A stretch of 64,000 nucleotides of DNA from an uncultured bacterium. GTDB taxonomy: Bacteria > Desulfobacterota_D > UBA1144 > Nemesobacterales > UBA2774. Location: positions 288,001 through 352,000 of the forward strand of contig CAVPJU010000010.1 in assembly GCA_963705505.1 (NCBI GenBank), in the 5' to 3' direction. The notes under the pieces are model-generated. The model searched no databases. It saw only the letters and a program-made list of their open reading frames with translations, and had not been told where the DNA came from. Made by a program: the position numbers and the translations under genes. Positions 11,372 to 22,743 of this stretch are shown piece after piece (the first letter of the stretch is position 1; each line of letters opens with the position of its first letter).

Positions 11372-12198
11372 GCCTTCTTCTTCTCTTTCCTGTAATCCCT
11401 GCCCTCGAGGTAGATCAGCTCACACATCTCGAAAAGACGGGAAGCGATGCGGTCCCCTACCCTCACTTCCAGTATCTCGTCCGAATTGCCGGATTCTTTC
11501 GCGATCTCCCTTGTCACGTAGTTCGTGGTGATGAGCGTCTTCTTCGAGGCGTTATAACGCTTGGATATGAGCTGGTCGAGGATGTTCAGTTCCCATTCGT
11601 TGCTCCTCCCCTTACCGAGCTCGTCGATAACGAGCACCTCGGTCTCTATGAGCGGCATTATGACCTCGTTCTCAGGGGTGCCCTCGGAATAAGCCTGTTT
11701 GAGCTCCGAGAGGAGGTAAAAGAAGTCCTTGAACATGCATTTAACACCGTGATAAAGGGTAAGCTCCGATATGGTCCCCACCGCGAGATGGGTCTTGCCC
11801 AGTCCCGAGGGCCCCATGAGCAAGAACCCCTTTTTCGTCGGGTACTTCTTTACGAACTCCTCCTTCGCGTATTTGAGAGCCATCTGGAGGTGCCTGTTGA
11901 TATGGTTCGGCACGAGACCGGCGTCCACCTGCAACACGTGAGAATATTTGGCCGGTATCGCAGCCATGTTGTAGAGCCTTACGTTCCTCCTGACAACGCC
12001 GCAGGACGGGCACGGAGAAATATAGGAATAGCCCTTCTCGTTCTTTAAAAGCACGTTCCCCGCACCCCCGCATTCCGGGCATCCGAGCACACACCCGCAA
12101 AGTGCCGCCGCCGCATAATTCCCTTTATTCTTTATTACGAACCCCGACCAGTGACAATCGTCACAGCCGGCCGATTCTTTGTTCTTCGTCCTTTTCAT
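11368..12198 (-). CDS. DnaC/DnaI/IstB-like AAA+ ATPase with N-terminal Cys clusters
   Basis: CDDC, CGC, CPEC, CPSC; GPSGLGKT; VLVIDE; ITTN; RIASRL; GRDYR. Confidence 0.85.
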   Translation of the reverse strand: MKRTKNKESAGCDDCHWSGFVIKNKGNYAAAALCGCVLGCPECGGAGNVLLKNEKGYSYISPCPSCGVVRRNVRLYNMAAIPAKYSHVLQVDAGLVPNHINRHLQMALKYAKEEFVKKYPTKKGFLLMGPSGLGKTHLAVGTISELTLYHGVKCMFKDFFYLLSELKQAYSEGTPENEVIMPLIETEVLVIDELGKGRSNEWELNILDQLISKRYNASKKTLITTNYVTREIAKESGNSDEILEVRVGDRIASRLFEMCELIYLEGRDYRKEKKKA

Positions 12199-12205
12199 GG
12201 GTTGT

Positions 12206-12859
12206 TTATGAGATTATACACTTTATTCCGTATTTTCTTCCGAGAATCTCGTTCCTGAAAGAAATGAGGCTTTCATCGTAGGCGCTCTTTGTCATGAAAC
12301 GAGCCCTCTCGTTTATCATCTTCTCGGCCTCAAGACTGATCTTCTCCCTCTCTTTTTCAGGCAGTCCGTTGAAAAACTCCTCCAGCGACTCTTCCTCAAG
12401 CAACGAGATTTGAGAAAGATAAGTCTCGCCGCCCTGTTTATCGAGTCCGAGAATTTTTTTTCTGAGTCTTATATAATAATCCCTTATAGACGAATCCTTC
12501 TCGTCATTTATAAAAGATTCGAGCCTCTCCTCTATGTCCCCTTTTACGCCTCCGGGCTTTGACTCTTTATCCCGTCCCGACCGGCCCTTTTTGATTAGGG
12601 GTCCGTATTCTTCGATGCACTTTTCCACATAGCCCGCGCAGTGCCTGAGATTCCTGGGAGAGTCTGTGCCCCTGTTCTTTCCCTCGCTCCTTTCCGCAAA
12701 CGCCCTGTTTATGCCCCTGAGAACGACCTCTTTAGGAATATTCCTCTTTTTCCAGTCCTGAATGAGGCTGTAGTCGATCGAGGAGAGCATAAGCCCCTCC
12801 CCCGCCAGTGTAAGAAAATATGTTTCGATTTCCTTAACGTACTCCGGGACGTGCTCCAT
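12206..12859 (-). CDS. hypothetical protein, possible DnaD-like N-terminal domain
   Basis: LSSIDYSLIQDWKKRNIPKEVVLRGINRAF resembles the DnaD/DnaB_2 helical pattern; stop 7 bp before the ATPase; start set at ATG 12859. Confidence 0.65.
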   Translation of the reverse strand: MEHVPEYVKEIETYFLTLAGEGLMLSSIDYSLIQDWKKRNIPKEVVLRGINRAFAERSEGKNRGTDSPRNLRHCAGYVEKCIEEYGPLIKKGRSGRDKESKPGGVKGDIEERLESFINDEKDSSIRDYYIRLRKKILGLDKQGGETYLSQISLLEEESLEEFFNGLPEKEREKISLEAEKMINERARFMTKSAYDESLISFRNEILGRKYGIKCIIS

Positions 12860-12913
12860 TGGTCTTTGTTTTATTCTAATCCATTTCCGCTTAAACGGAA
12901 AGAAGATCCATAT

Positions 12914-12949
12914 AAGCAAGAGGGGCACAGCAATAAAACCGCGCCCCTC
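12914..12949 (-). terminator. putative terminator after the methyltransferase
   Basis: GAGGGGCGCGG-loop-CTGTGCCCCTC followed by TTGCTT. Confidence 0.5.
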
Positions 12950-12961
12950 ATATTCAACCTA

Positions 12962-13783
12962 TTACTGCTTTTTGAACGCATCCACTTCGAGGTATTCACC
13001 GAAAAGTGTAGTCGTGCCGTTCTCCGCAATATTGAAGTCCGAGAATACTCTCTCCAAATCTTTCCTGAGTGATTTCCCTCCTGTTTCGTCGAGCGCATTT
13101 ATCGCTTTATTCATTGGTCCATAGTTATCGAAAAAGAACTGAACGACCTCAGGCACATCAAAAGGATAATCCCATAAAGGATAGATCTTCTTTGTCAGTA
13201 TCATGTGACTTACCGAATAACCGAAACGTTCTTTAACGACCTCTTCGTTGCCCCAGAGGAGGGGTGAAGGCACACCGGACGGGGGCGGAACGTACTTAAC
13301 GAGGGTCTTGAACATTTGTCCGACGAACCCTTCGGGGGTCCAGTTAACCATCAGCATCCTGCCTCCCGGCTTGCAAACCCTGATAAATTCCTGGGCCACT
13401 TTTTCGGGCTGCGGGGCGAACATGGCGCCTACGAGTGTTGCGACGACATCGAACGACCCGTCCGGATACTGGAGACACTCGGCGTCCCCTTCATCGAACT
13501 TTGCATCCAACCCTTCCCTTCTTGCGCGTCCCCGGGCAACCGCAATCGAATTAGACGCAACGTCAACGCCTGTAACATTTATACCCGCCCTGGAAGCCAG
13601 GATGGATATCTGTCCGGTTCCGCAGGCTACATCGAGCAGGCTCCGTCCCTGCGGTATATGCCACCCCTTCAGTATCTCCAAAGCCCCGGGTTCCATATAG
13701 GTTGCAAATTTACCGTAGTCCCCTGCATTCCATGCATCCTTTATTCTTGACTTAATTGTTTCTATATTTGGTATGACGCTCAT
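12962..13783 (-). CDS. class I SAM-dependent methyltransferase
   Basis: LLDVACGTG, EGDAE, SFDVV, RVCKPGG; AAGGAG RBS. Confidence 0.9.
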   Translation of the reverse strand: MSVIPNIETIKSRIKDAWNAGDYGKFATYMEPGALEILKGWHIPQGRSLLDVACGTGQISILASRAGINVTGVDVASNSIAVARGRARREGLDAKFDEGDAECLQYPDGSFDVVATLVGAMFAPQPEKVAQEFIRVCKPGGRMLMVNWTPEGFVGQMFKTLVKYVPPPSGVPSPLLWGNEEVVKERFGYSVSHMILTKKIYPLWDYPFDVPEVVQFFFDNYGPMNKAINALDETGGKSLRKDLERVFSDFNIAENGTTTLFGEYLEVDAFKKQ

Positions 13784-13865
13784 GACTTTTCTCCTTTAAA
13801 TTGATTTTTTTACCCAAGGGGCGGGAGCCGTATTTGTATTTGACTCCCTCCCCTTTAGTGCACCG

Positions 13866-14127
13866 TTAAATCCTGACGCCGAACACGAGAAGAGTAGTCT
13901 CATCGTTCGTCCCCTCAACCTTAGTCAAAGTTTCGTCATCATGACCTTTGACAGGGCTCAGGTAGAAGCTCATCGGGCTCGTCTCCACTTCCCCGCCTTT
14001 CGTCTCACACTTCACTTCATTGACCGCAGGACCGCTGGTGTAAAGGTCCATATAGTCAGAAGCGATATGAAAGGGCTGAAAAACCGAGCGATAACCCTAA
14101 TACCGTGACTGCGATTAACTTCTTCAT
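13866..14127 (-). CDS. small exported protein (86 aa), one +1 frameshift at ~14064
   Basis: GGAGGT RBS, ATG 14127, signal peptide MKKLIAVTVLGLSLGFSALSYA joins the 61-aa ORF when one base is removed. Confidence 0.7.
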
Positions 14128-14166
14128 TGCACTTACCTCCGTTTGGTTTATTTGCAGAGATATAAG

Positions 14167-14182
14167 TGCAACAGGTGTGCCA
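14167..14182 (-). promoter_or_regulatory. sigma54 -24/-12 promoter
   Basis: TGGCAC-ACCTG-TTGCA, exact consensus and spacing, about 40 bp upstream of ATG 14127. Confidence 0.85.
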
Positions 14183-14253
14183 AAGAGTTATTATCCGGAT
14201 ATTGTCTGTGATTACAGTGGGTTATGAATCGAATGTCATTATACGTCCGGTAG

Positions 14254-14305
14254 CGGATTTTCGCTTGCTGCGATTTCTCGCTATGAAATTGCGAGATCTC
14301 ACGAT
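14254..14305. promoter_or_regulatory. candidate upstream activator sequence
   Basis: TCTCGC-N9-GCGAGA (14276-14296), TCGC-N5-GCGA (14261-14273) and clustered CG..TCG-like units about 100 bp upstream of the -24 box. Confidence 0.5.
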
Positions 14306-14321
14306 ATTTATCAGGATTTAA

Positions 14322-16268
14322 TTACTTGGAAGGTATGTCTATGCCGAAAGACTTTATTTTCGAATTGAGCGTTGACGTCGGTATGCCGAGAATTGCGGCG
14401 GCACCATTTTTACCGGCTACTTTCCAATCGGCTTTTTCAAGGGCGCGCACAATATTTTTTCTTTCCAGCTCTTTCAATTCCCTGTCGGAAAGCACCTGAG
14501 CTCCGTCATCCGCCGGACCCGGGTCCAAGCCGGTTACTATATTATCACGGGAGGCGGGCAGAGCCCTTTCGAGATTCAACCTGCCGTCAGTTGCGGTTAT
14601 CACCGCACGCTCAATTACATTTTGAAGCTCTCTAATATTTCCGGGCCAGGAATACGATTCGAGACGTCCGATGTCTTCTTCGGTGAGCGGGTTCAGGGCG
14701 ATCCCGTTTCTCTTTGTATATATGTCCATGAATGCGTATGCCAGTTTCTCTATATCCCCGGCGCGCTCCCTGAGAGGGGGAAGCTCGATCTGAAATACGT
14801 TGAGCCTGTAGTAGAGGTCTTCCCTGAACCTGCCCTCCCTGACCTCTTTTAACAGATCCCGGTTCGTCGCGGCTATAACCCGGACATTTACTTTAACGGT
14901 CCTGGAGCTGCCGACGGGCTCGAACTCGCCTTCCTGAAGCACGCGCAGGAGCTTGGACTGCAGGTCTATGGAAAGCTCGCCTATCTCGTCGAGGAAAATC
15001 GTTCCTCCGTCGGCGATGGAGAAACGTCCCTCTCTCTTGTTCGTAGCTCCGGTGAAAGCGCCGCGCTCGTGACCGAAGAATTCGCTCTCGATGAGGTTAG
15101 AGGGTATTGCCGGGCAGTTCACCTTTACGAACGGCTTGTCCGAGCGGCGGCCGGATGAGTGGATAGACCTTGCCACAAGCTCCTTTCCCGTCCCCGTTTC
15201 GCCGAGGATCAAAACAGTCGCTTCGGTGCCAGCGACTCTCTTCACGTCTTCGAGGACCCTACGCAGAGGCTCGCTGTCACCGATTATGCCCTCTGATTCC
15301 GTGAGGGATTTCAACTCCTCTTTCAAATATTCCGATTCCAGCGTCAGAGACCTGATTTTCTTCTCCGCAAGGAGCCTCTCGTTCACGTTTCGCAAAATCA
15401 GCGTGTAGAAACGTTCGTTTCCCATATCGAAACCGGACAGTGTCGCTTCGACGGGGAATTCATCTCCGTTTTCGTTTACCGCCCGGAGACCCTCGGGTAT
15501 CCAGATGAATTTTTCCCCCTCGGGTTTTGCGTCCAGGAACTCAGAGAGCCGGACGAGCTTCCCGCTGCTTTCTTTGGTGAGCATAATGTTGAACAGCCTG
15601 CCCAGCACTTTGTCACTTCCGTAGCCGAACAACCTTGACGCCGCGGGATTAAGCCTCGTGACTTTAAGGTCCTTATCGAACTCGATTATCCCGTCCATAG
15701 CGCTGTCGAAAAGCCTTCTCAGCTTTTCTTCTCTCTCGAGAATTTCTTTTTCAGCGCGCAGCCGCTGCATTTCGGCAGTCCCGCGATTTGCGAAGATCCT
15801 GAATACATTGAAGACCTGCAGGTCTTCAGGAATGGGGTCCTTGTCAAGCACCGATATATGTCCTAATATCTTCCCGTCCACATCCACGAACGGATAGCCT
15901 AGATAACTGACTATTCCTTCTTTGGGAAAATCCTTCAGGTCCGGGTTACCTTTATACTTACTGAAGAGCCTCTCACGAACGTGCACAAGACGCTTTTCAC
16001 GAACCACCATCTCACACGCAGTGCCTGCGACTGCGTAGTCGAACTCTTTCAGACGTTGATTCCCCATTATACAGGCTATGGATCTGAGTCGTCCTTCTTC
16101 CTCAAGATACTCGGTAACCATAGCGCCATGGGTGTTGAGCACTTTTGAAAGGTTTTCAACCAGTGAACCAAAAAAGCTCCGCCCGGTTTGAGATGAAGTA
16201 CCCTCCAGAATGGCTCTGATCGCCTCGTTTTCCTGTACACCCCTGAAAGGGACTCTGTCTTTATCCAC
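14322..16268 (-). CDS. sigma54-dependent enhancer-binding protein (GAF-PAS-AAA+-Fis HTH, FhlA-like)
   Basis: GETGTGKE, GAFTGA, FLDEIGE, FREDLYYRLNV, WPGNIRELQN, C-terminal HTH; no receiver domain; GTG start. Confidence 0.93.
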   Translation of the reverse strand: MDKDRVPFRGVQENEAIRAILEGTSSQTGRSFFGSLVENLSKVLNTHGAMVTEYLEEEGRLRSIACIMGNQRLKEFDYAVAGTACEMVVREKRLVHVRERLFSKYKGNPDLKDFPKEGIVSYLGYPFVDVDGKILGHISVLDKDPIPEDLQVFNVFRIFANRGTAEMQRLRAEKEILEREEKLRRLFDSAMDGIIEFDKDLKVTRLNPAASRLFGYGSDKVLGRLFNIMLTKESSGKLVRLSEFLDAKPEGEKFIWIPEGLRAVNENGDEFPVEATLSGFDMGNERFYTLILRNVNERLLAEKKIRSLTLESEYLKEELKSLTESEGIIGDSEPLRRVLEDVKRVAGTEATVLILGETGTGKELVARSIHSSGRRSDKPFVKVNCPAIPSNLIESEFFGHERGAFTGATNKREGRFSIADGGTIFLDEIGELSIDLQSKLLRVLQEGEFEPVGSSRTVKVNVRVIAATNRDLLKEVREGRFREDLYYRLNVFQIELPPLRERAGDIEKLAYAFMDIYTKRNGIALNPLTEEDIGRLESYSWPGNIRELQNVIERAVITATDGRLNLERALPASRDNIVTGLDPGPADDGAQVLSDRELKELERKNIVRALEKADWKVAGKNGAAAILGIPTSTLNSKIKSFGIDIPSK

Positions 16269-16371
16269 TATCTATTGATTATAGAATTTTATTGGTATTA
16301 TTCAATAACGGATGCATATTCATAACCCGTTTGGGGATGGAGGCGGGATTAATTTCAGCCCGGTTAATCCG

Positions 16372-17044
16372 TCATAGGCCTTCTATCTCTTTCCTCATGC
16401 GCTCCATGGTCTCGGAGTAGCTCGGCGACTGGAATATGCCCGAGCCTGAGACTATGACGTCCGCCCCGGCTTCGGCGATAAGCCTGATATTATCGAGCTT
16501 TATCCCCCCGTCGACCTCTATGAGCGGCTTATGCTCGGAGCGGTCTACAATCTCCCTGAGCCTCTTCACCTTGGGCACCATGGAATGTATAAACTTCTGC
16601 CCCGGGAACCCGGGCTCTACGGTCATCACGAGGATCATGTCAGCATAATCGAATACCTCTTCGAGCACGAATAAAGGCGTTGTCGGATTTATGGCGACCC
16701 CCGCACTCACGCCCCTCGATTTGATCCTGGAGACGGTGCTGTAAAGGAGCTTGCAGGTCTCGTATTGAACCGTAATACCGAGAACGGCGTCCCCGCCCGC
16801 ATCTATGAACTTCTCCGCAAACTCGTCGGGGTTGTCTATCATAAGGTGAATGTCCATCGGAGGGGGGTCCGTCTTGCCTGAGCGCTTCGACTACCGGTAT
16901 CCCTATGCTTATATTGGGGACGAAGTGACCGTCCATGACATCGACGTGTATCCAGTCCGCACCCGCCTCTTTTATAGCCCTTACCTCCTCCCCAAGCCTG
17001 GTGAAATCAGCCGATAGTATCGAAGGCACAATTAATTTCTTCAT
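16372..17044 (-). CDS. rpe: ribulose-phosphate 3-epimerase, one +1 frameshift at ~16877
   Basis: [20 protein letters not shown], then DIHLM, MTVEPGF, EVDGG in the next frame; 223 aa after correction. Confidence 0.92.
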
Positions 17045-17186
17045 TTGTCCGTTTCCTTTCCGCGGAGTAATTTAATAATAAATTCAGGGAACGCATTATA
17101 CCATGCCCCGCCCCCCCATCAAAAAAGAGGGACATATGTCTCTTTTGCTCGTCGCGCCCGCACCCACGCATGTCAGGGCGGCTTTC

Positions 17187-17215
17187 TTGACAGAGACCTG
17201 AAAACTATTTACCAT
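17187..17215 (+). promoter_or_regulatory. putative sigma70 promoter of metK
   Basis: TTGACA-17 bp-TACCAT. Confidence 0.6.
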
Positions 17216-17261
17216 ATCGGCTTTTGTTAAACAATTTCCATTCTTCAACAAGGACTTAAAT

Positions 17262-18422
17262 ATGCCTCTGAGAAACTTTATTTTTACCTCGGAATCGGTA
17301 ACCGAGGGACACCCGGACAAGATGGCGGACCAGATATCGGACGCCGTGCTCGACGCCATGATCGAGGGGGACCCGCACAGCAGGGTAGCCTGCGAGACGC
17401 TACTCACGACGGGGCTCGTCGTAATCGCGGGGGAAATAACCGCAAATACCATCGTCGATATATCCAACATAGTGAGGAACACGATCACAGAGATCGGATA
17501 TACGGACAGCTCGATGGGATTCGACTCGAGCACATGCGGACTGATAATCGCGGTAGACAAGCAGTCGCCCGACATAGCCATGGGGGTCAACTCAAGCGCT
17601 GAAAGGGAGCAGGGAGCAGGCGACCAGGGCCTTATGTTCGGTTACGCCACGAACGAGACCCCAGAATTCATGCCCTCCCCCATCGTATTCGCGCACAAGC
17701 TCGCCAAGAGACTCACGGACGCGAGGAAGGACGGTATCCTCCCTTTCCTGAGACCGGACGGAAAAACTCAGGTGACTGTCCGTTACGAGAACAACGTCCC
17801 CGTGGGAATAGACGCGATAGTGGTTTCATCCCAGCATTCGGCGGACGTCGATAACAAGACGATACACGAGGGCATAATCGAGGAAGTAATTAAAAACTGC
17901 ATAAACGAAGAATTCCTATCCGAAAAAACCAAGATATACATAAACCCGACGGGAAGGTTCGTCACCGGGGGGCCCATGGGGGATTCGGGGCTGACGGGGC
18001 GGAAGATAATCATCGATACCTACGGAGGCTGGGCCAGGCACGGAGGGGGAGCCTTTTCCGGCAAAGACCCGTCTAAAGTAGACAGGAGCGCCGCCTACAT
18101 GGCGAGATACGTAGCGAAGAACGTCGTCGCAGCCGGCCTCGCGAAGGAGTGCGAGGTACAGCTCGCCTACGCGATCGGGATAGCCGAGCCGGTATCCATT
18201 ATGGTTGAGACGTTCGGCACGTCCGTCGTTCCCGAGGAGAAGATATCGGATGCCATAAGAGAGGTATTCGACCTGTGCCCGTCGGCAATCATAAGCACTC
18301 TCGATCTCCTGAGGCCCATATACAGGGAAACAGCCGCTTACGGTCATTTCGGAAGATTCGGCTCCGGATTCACCTGGGAAAAGACAGACAGGGTGAATGA
18401 CCTGCTGAAAGCCGTCTGCTGA
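17262..18422 (+). CDS. metK: S-adenosylmethionine synthetase
   Basis: [28 protein letters not shown]. Confidence 0.98.
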   Translation: MPLRNFIFTSESVTEGHPDKMADQISDAVLDAMIEGDPHSRVACETLLTTGLVVIAGEITANTIVDISNIVRNTITEIGYTDSSMGFDSSTCGLIIAVDKQSPDIAMGVNSSAEREQGAGDQGLMFGYATNETPEFMPSPIVFAHKLAKRLTDARKDGILPFLRPDGKTQVTVRYENNVPVGIDAIVVSSQHSADVDNKTIHEGIIEEVIKNCINEEFLSEKTKIYINPTGRFVTGGPMGDSGLTGRKIIIDTYGGWARHGGGAFSGKDPSKVDRSAAYMARYVAKNVVAAGLAKECEVQLAYAIGIAEPVSIMVETFGTSVVPEEKISDAIREVFDLCPSAIISTLDLLRPIYRETAAYGHFGRFGSGFTWEKTDRVNDLLKAVC

Positions 18423-19724
<1,302 letters not shown>

Positions 19725-19743
19725 TGTTGTAAAATGTTTGAGC

Positions 19744-20631
19744 ATGGACGTCCTCCTCGACTCCTTTCTTTCCTACCTCGCCGTTGAAAAAGGGCTTTCG
19801 GAAAACACACTCGAATCCTACGGAAGGGACGTGAGGAAATTCGTCCGCTACATCGAAGAAAACGGCCCCGCTTCGGCAGACGATATAAGGTACAGCCACA
19901 TACTCGATTACTTGTCACATTTCAAAGACCGGGGTTTAAACGCGACGACCCTGGTAAGAAGCATCGTTTCCCTAAAACAGTTCTTCAAGTACCTCCTGAT
20001 GGAGAAGATAATCCGGGAGGACCCCGCTGCGCACATACGCACGCCTAAAATGAAAAAGGGGATTCCGGGCGTCATCACTCTTGACGAAGTGGAGAGAATA
20101 CTCGGCGCTCCCGACGAATCGATACCCGAGGGACTGAGGGACTCCGCGATGCTGGAGGTGCTTTACGCAACGGGCACCAGGGTGTCGGAGCTGATCGGGT
20201 TAAAGCTCAACGACGTGAACTTCGAGCTCGGCTTCGTCGTCGTCTACGGTAAGGGCTCCAAGGAAAGAATCGTCCCCATGGGGGATAAGGCGAGGAATAA
20301 ACTCCTCGAGTACCTGGGGTCATCGAGACCGGCTCTCTTAAAATCGCGGGACGCGAAAGCGCTCTTCGTAACCCGGCTGGGAAAGGGAATGACGCGCCAG
20401 GGTTTCTGGAAGATAATAAAGCACCATGCGCTTAAAGCGGGCATAGCGAAGAAAATCAGCCCGCACACCTTGAGGCACTCCTTCGCGACGCACTTACTCG
20501 AAAGGGGCGCAGACCTCAGGACGATACAATTAATGCTCGGACATTCGGACATATCCACGACGCAGATATACACCCATGTCGAGAGCGAAAGGCTCAAGGT
20601 GATTCACAAAAAATATCACCCCAGATCGTAA
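19744..20631 (+). CDS. xerD: site-specific tyrosine recombinase XerD
   Basis: LYATGTRVSEL, GKGSKER, TRQGFW, HTLRHSFATHLL, LGHSDISTTQIYTHV. Confidence 0.93.
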   Translation: MDVLLDSFLSYLAVEKGLSENTLESYGRDVRKFVRYIEENGPASADDIRYSHILDYLSHFKDRGLNATTLVRSIVSLKQFFKYLLMEKIIREDPAAHIRTPKMKKGIPGVITLDEVERILGAPDESIPEGLRDSAMLEVLYATGTRVSELIGLKLNDVNFELGFVVVYGKGSKERIVPMGDKARNKLLEYLGSSRPALLKSRDAKALFVTRLGKGMTRQGFWKIIKHHALKAGIAKKISPHTLRHSFATHLLERGADLRTIQLMLGHSDISTTQIYTHVESERLKVIHKKYHPRS

Positions 20632-20686
20632 AGTCTCCGCAATTCGAGTATATTACTAAGAAAAACGGAGATTTATAACAACCGAT

Positions 20687-21373
20687 ATGAGCTTCGATTT
20701 CCTCAAAAACATAGACTTCATTTTAATCCAGGCCCCCGTGATACTGCTTTCGCTGACGGTTCACGAATATTTCCACGGGTGGACGGCGAACAAGCTCGGG
20801 GACCCGACGGCGAAACTCCGCGGGAGACTCACGCTCAACCCGATAGCGCACCTCGATATATTCGGGACCATTCTCATGTTCCTCGTAGGCTTCGGCTGGG
20901 CAAAACCCGTCCCGATCGACGCGCGTAACTTCAAAAACCCCAAAAAGGACACGATCCTCGTAGCTATGGCGGGACCGCTCTCGAATTTAGCCATGGCCAT
21001 AGTAGCAGGGGTGCTTCTGAGATACATGATCCCCCAAGTGATGGCGGGAGAAATTAAGTCCCATAATATTTATTCCATTGTCACGATCATTCTCATACTC
21101 GTCCTCGTTTACGGGATCGCGCTTGCGGTATTCAATATGATACCGATCCCCCCTCTTGACGGCTCGAGGGTGCTCTACGGAATCCTGCCGAATAAATACG
21201 CCTATGCGTACAGCAGGTTCGAGCCTTACGGTGTGCTTTTACTATTCGCACTATTCATATTCGGGAGAGGCATCTTCCACTATCTGCTCTATCCCGTCTC
21301 CTATCTGACAGTTGCGTTTTCAGGATACAATTACGGCAATCTTTGGGATATAATAGGGATGTTGCTGAGATGA
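20687..21373 (+). CDS. site-2 protease (M50) family membrane metalloprotease
   Basis: HEYFH, AGPLSN, FNMIPIPPLDG. Confidence 0.92.
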   Translation: MSFDFLKNIDFILIQAPVILLSLTVHEYFHGWTANKLGDPTAKLRGRLTLNPIAHLDIFGTILMFLVGFGWAKPVPIDARNFKNPKKDTILVAMAGPLSNLAMAIVAGVLLRYMIPQVMAGEIKSHNIYSIVTIILILVLVYGIALAVFNMIPIPPLDGSRVLYGILPNKYAYAYSRFEPYGVLLLFALFIFGRGIFHYLLYPVSYLTVAFSGYNYGNLWDIIGMLLR

Positions 21374-22143
21374 ACGAAAACACGCATGAAGCGGAAGCCC
21401 TTCAGCCCCATGAGCCGTGCCTCGTCAAGACACAGATGTTCGAGGGTCCGCTCGACCTCTTGCTCCACCTGATAAAAAAGAATGAAGTCGATATATACGA
21501 TATACCGATCGCCGTCATAACCGAGCAGTATATCGAGTACCTCGAGCTCATGAAGGAGCTAAACCTTCAGGTCGTGGGCGAATACCTCGTTATAGCCGCA
21601 GAGCTGAGCCTCATAAAGTCGAGGATGCTCCTGCCCAAGCCTGTGATAGAGGAAGACGAGGCGGACCCGCGCGCAGAGCTCGTGAGGAGGCTCATAGAGT
21701 ACCAGCGGTACAGGGACGCTGTCTCCGAACTACTCGAAAGGGAGATCCTCGGGAGGGACGTTTTCAAGAGGGAATACGATATCTCCATATACGATACCGA
21801 GGAAGAGGTCGAGCTCGTTCCCGTCGACCTGTGGTCGCTCATTGAAACGTTCCGCGATTTTTACAGGAGGAGGAGCTACCTCTGGGCGGAGCAGATAGTA
21901 TACGAAGTCGAAAGCGTAACGATCGAGGAAAAAATAGTACAGGTCCTCGAAAGACTCAAAGTAAAGGCGATGATTTCATTCGAGGAGTTCCTGGAAGGGT
22001 GCTCATCGAAATTCGACCTCGTCGTGACGTTCCTGGCCCTTCTCGAGCTCGCCAGGACGGAAAACATCCGTGTGGTGCAGGAATCCCACGGCTCGCCGAT
22101 TCTGATCTCATATTCGGGAGAAAGCAATATTGGAACCTACTGA
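21370..22143 (+). CDS. scpA: segregation and condensation protein A
   Basis: FEGPLDLLLHLI, TFLALLEL; ATGA overlap with the upstream stop. Confidence 0.93.
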   Translation: MNENTHEAEALQPHEPCLVKTQMFEGPLDLLLHLIKKNEVDIYDIPIAVITEQYIEYLELMKELNLQVVGEYLVIAAELSLIKSRMLLPKPVIEEDEADPRAELVRRLIEYQRYRDAVSELLEREILGRDVFKREYDISIYDTEEEVELVPVDLWSLIETFRDFYRRRSYLWAEQIVYEVESVTIEEKIVQVLERLKVKAMISFEEFLEGCSSKFDLVVTFLALLELARTENIRVVQESHGSPILISYSGESNIGTY

Positions 22144-22702
22144 TATAAAAAAGGCCATAGAATGCATAATCTTCATATCCGACCTGCCCGTCTCTACCGA
22201 TAAGCTGCAGCAGGTGTTCACGGAGCTTGAAAGAGCGGACATCAAAAAGTATTTAAAGGAGCTCGCCCAGGACTGGAGCGCTCTCGGGAGGGGAATAGTC
22301 CTGGAAGAGGTGGCGGGAGGATACCAGTTCAGGACAGACCCCGCTTACAGCGAGTACGTAACGAATTTCAACAAGCGGGTTAAGAAGTTCCGCCTGAGCC
22401 GCGCGGCGCTCGAAGTGATAGCGATTATCGCCTATAAGCAGCCCGTAACGAGGGTCGAGGTCGAAAGCATAAGGGGTGTGGATTCGTCGGGCGTCATAAA
22501 TGCGCTCCTCGAGAGGAGGATACTCGAGATAAAGGGGAGGAAGGAAGTAATCGGGAAGCCTTTCCTTTACGGCACGACCGCCGAGTTCCTCGAGGTGTTC
22601 GGGTTAAAAACACTCTCTGACCTTCCGACGCTAAAAGAGATAGACGAGATAAGCAAGAACCTCGATCCCGGAATCTCGAGCCTGCCCGAAGAATTGTCGT
22701 AA
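22130..22702 (+). CDS. scpB: segregation and condensation protein B
   Basis: LSRAALEVIAIIAYKQPVTR, LYGTTAEFLEVFGL. Confidence 0.94.
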   Translation: MEPTDIKKAIECIIFISDLPVSTDKLQQVFTELERADIKKYLKELAQDWSALGRGIVLEEVAGGYQFRTDPAYSEYVTNFNKRVKKFRLSRAALEVIAIIAYKQPVTRVEVESIRGVDSSGVINALLERRILEIKGRKEVIGKPFLYGTTAEFLEVFGLKTLSDLPTLKEIDEISKNLDPGISSLPEELS

Positions 22703-22743
22703 GACTCCCCGTTAACCGTTGCAAGATAAGAGGCCGGAGCAAG

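Noticed and set aside
17045..17261. SAM riboswitch before metK (and SAH riboswitch before ahcY)
   Set aside because: no recognisable aptamer motifs; the predicted promoter leaves only a ~40-nt leader and the metK-ahcY gap is 45 bp
19744..20631. tyrosine recombinase as a sign of a mobile element
   Set aside because: XerD signature and housekeeping context; about 29 kb from the tRNA islet
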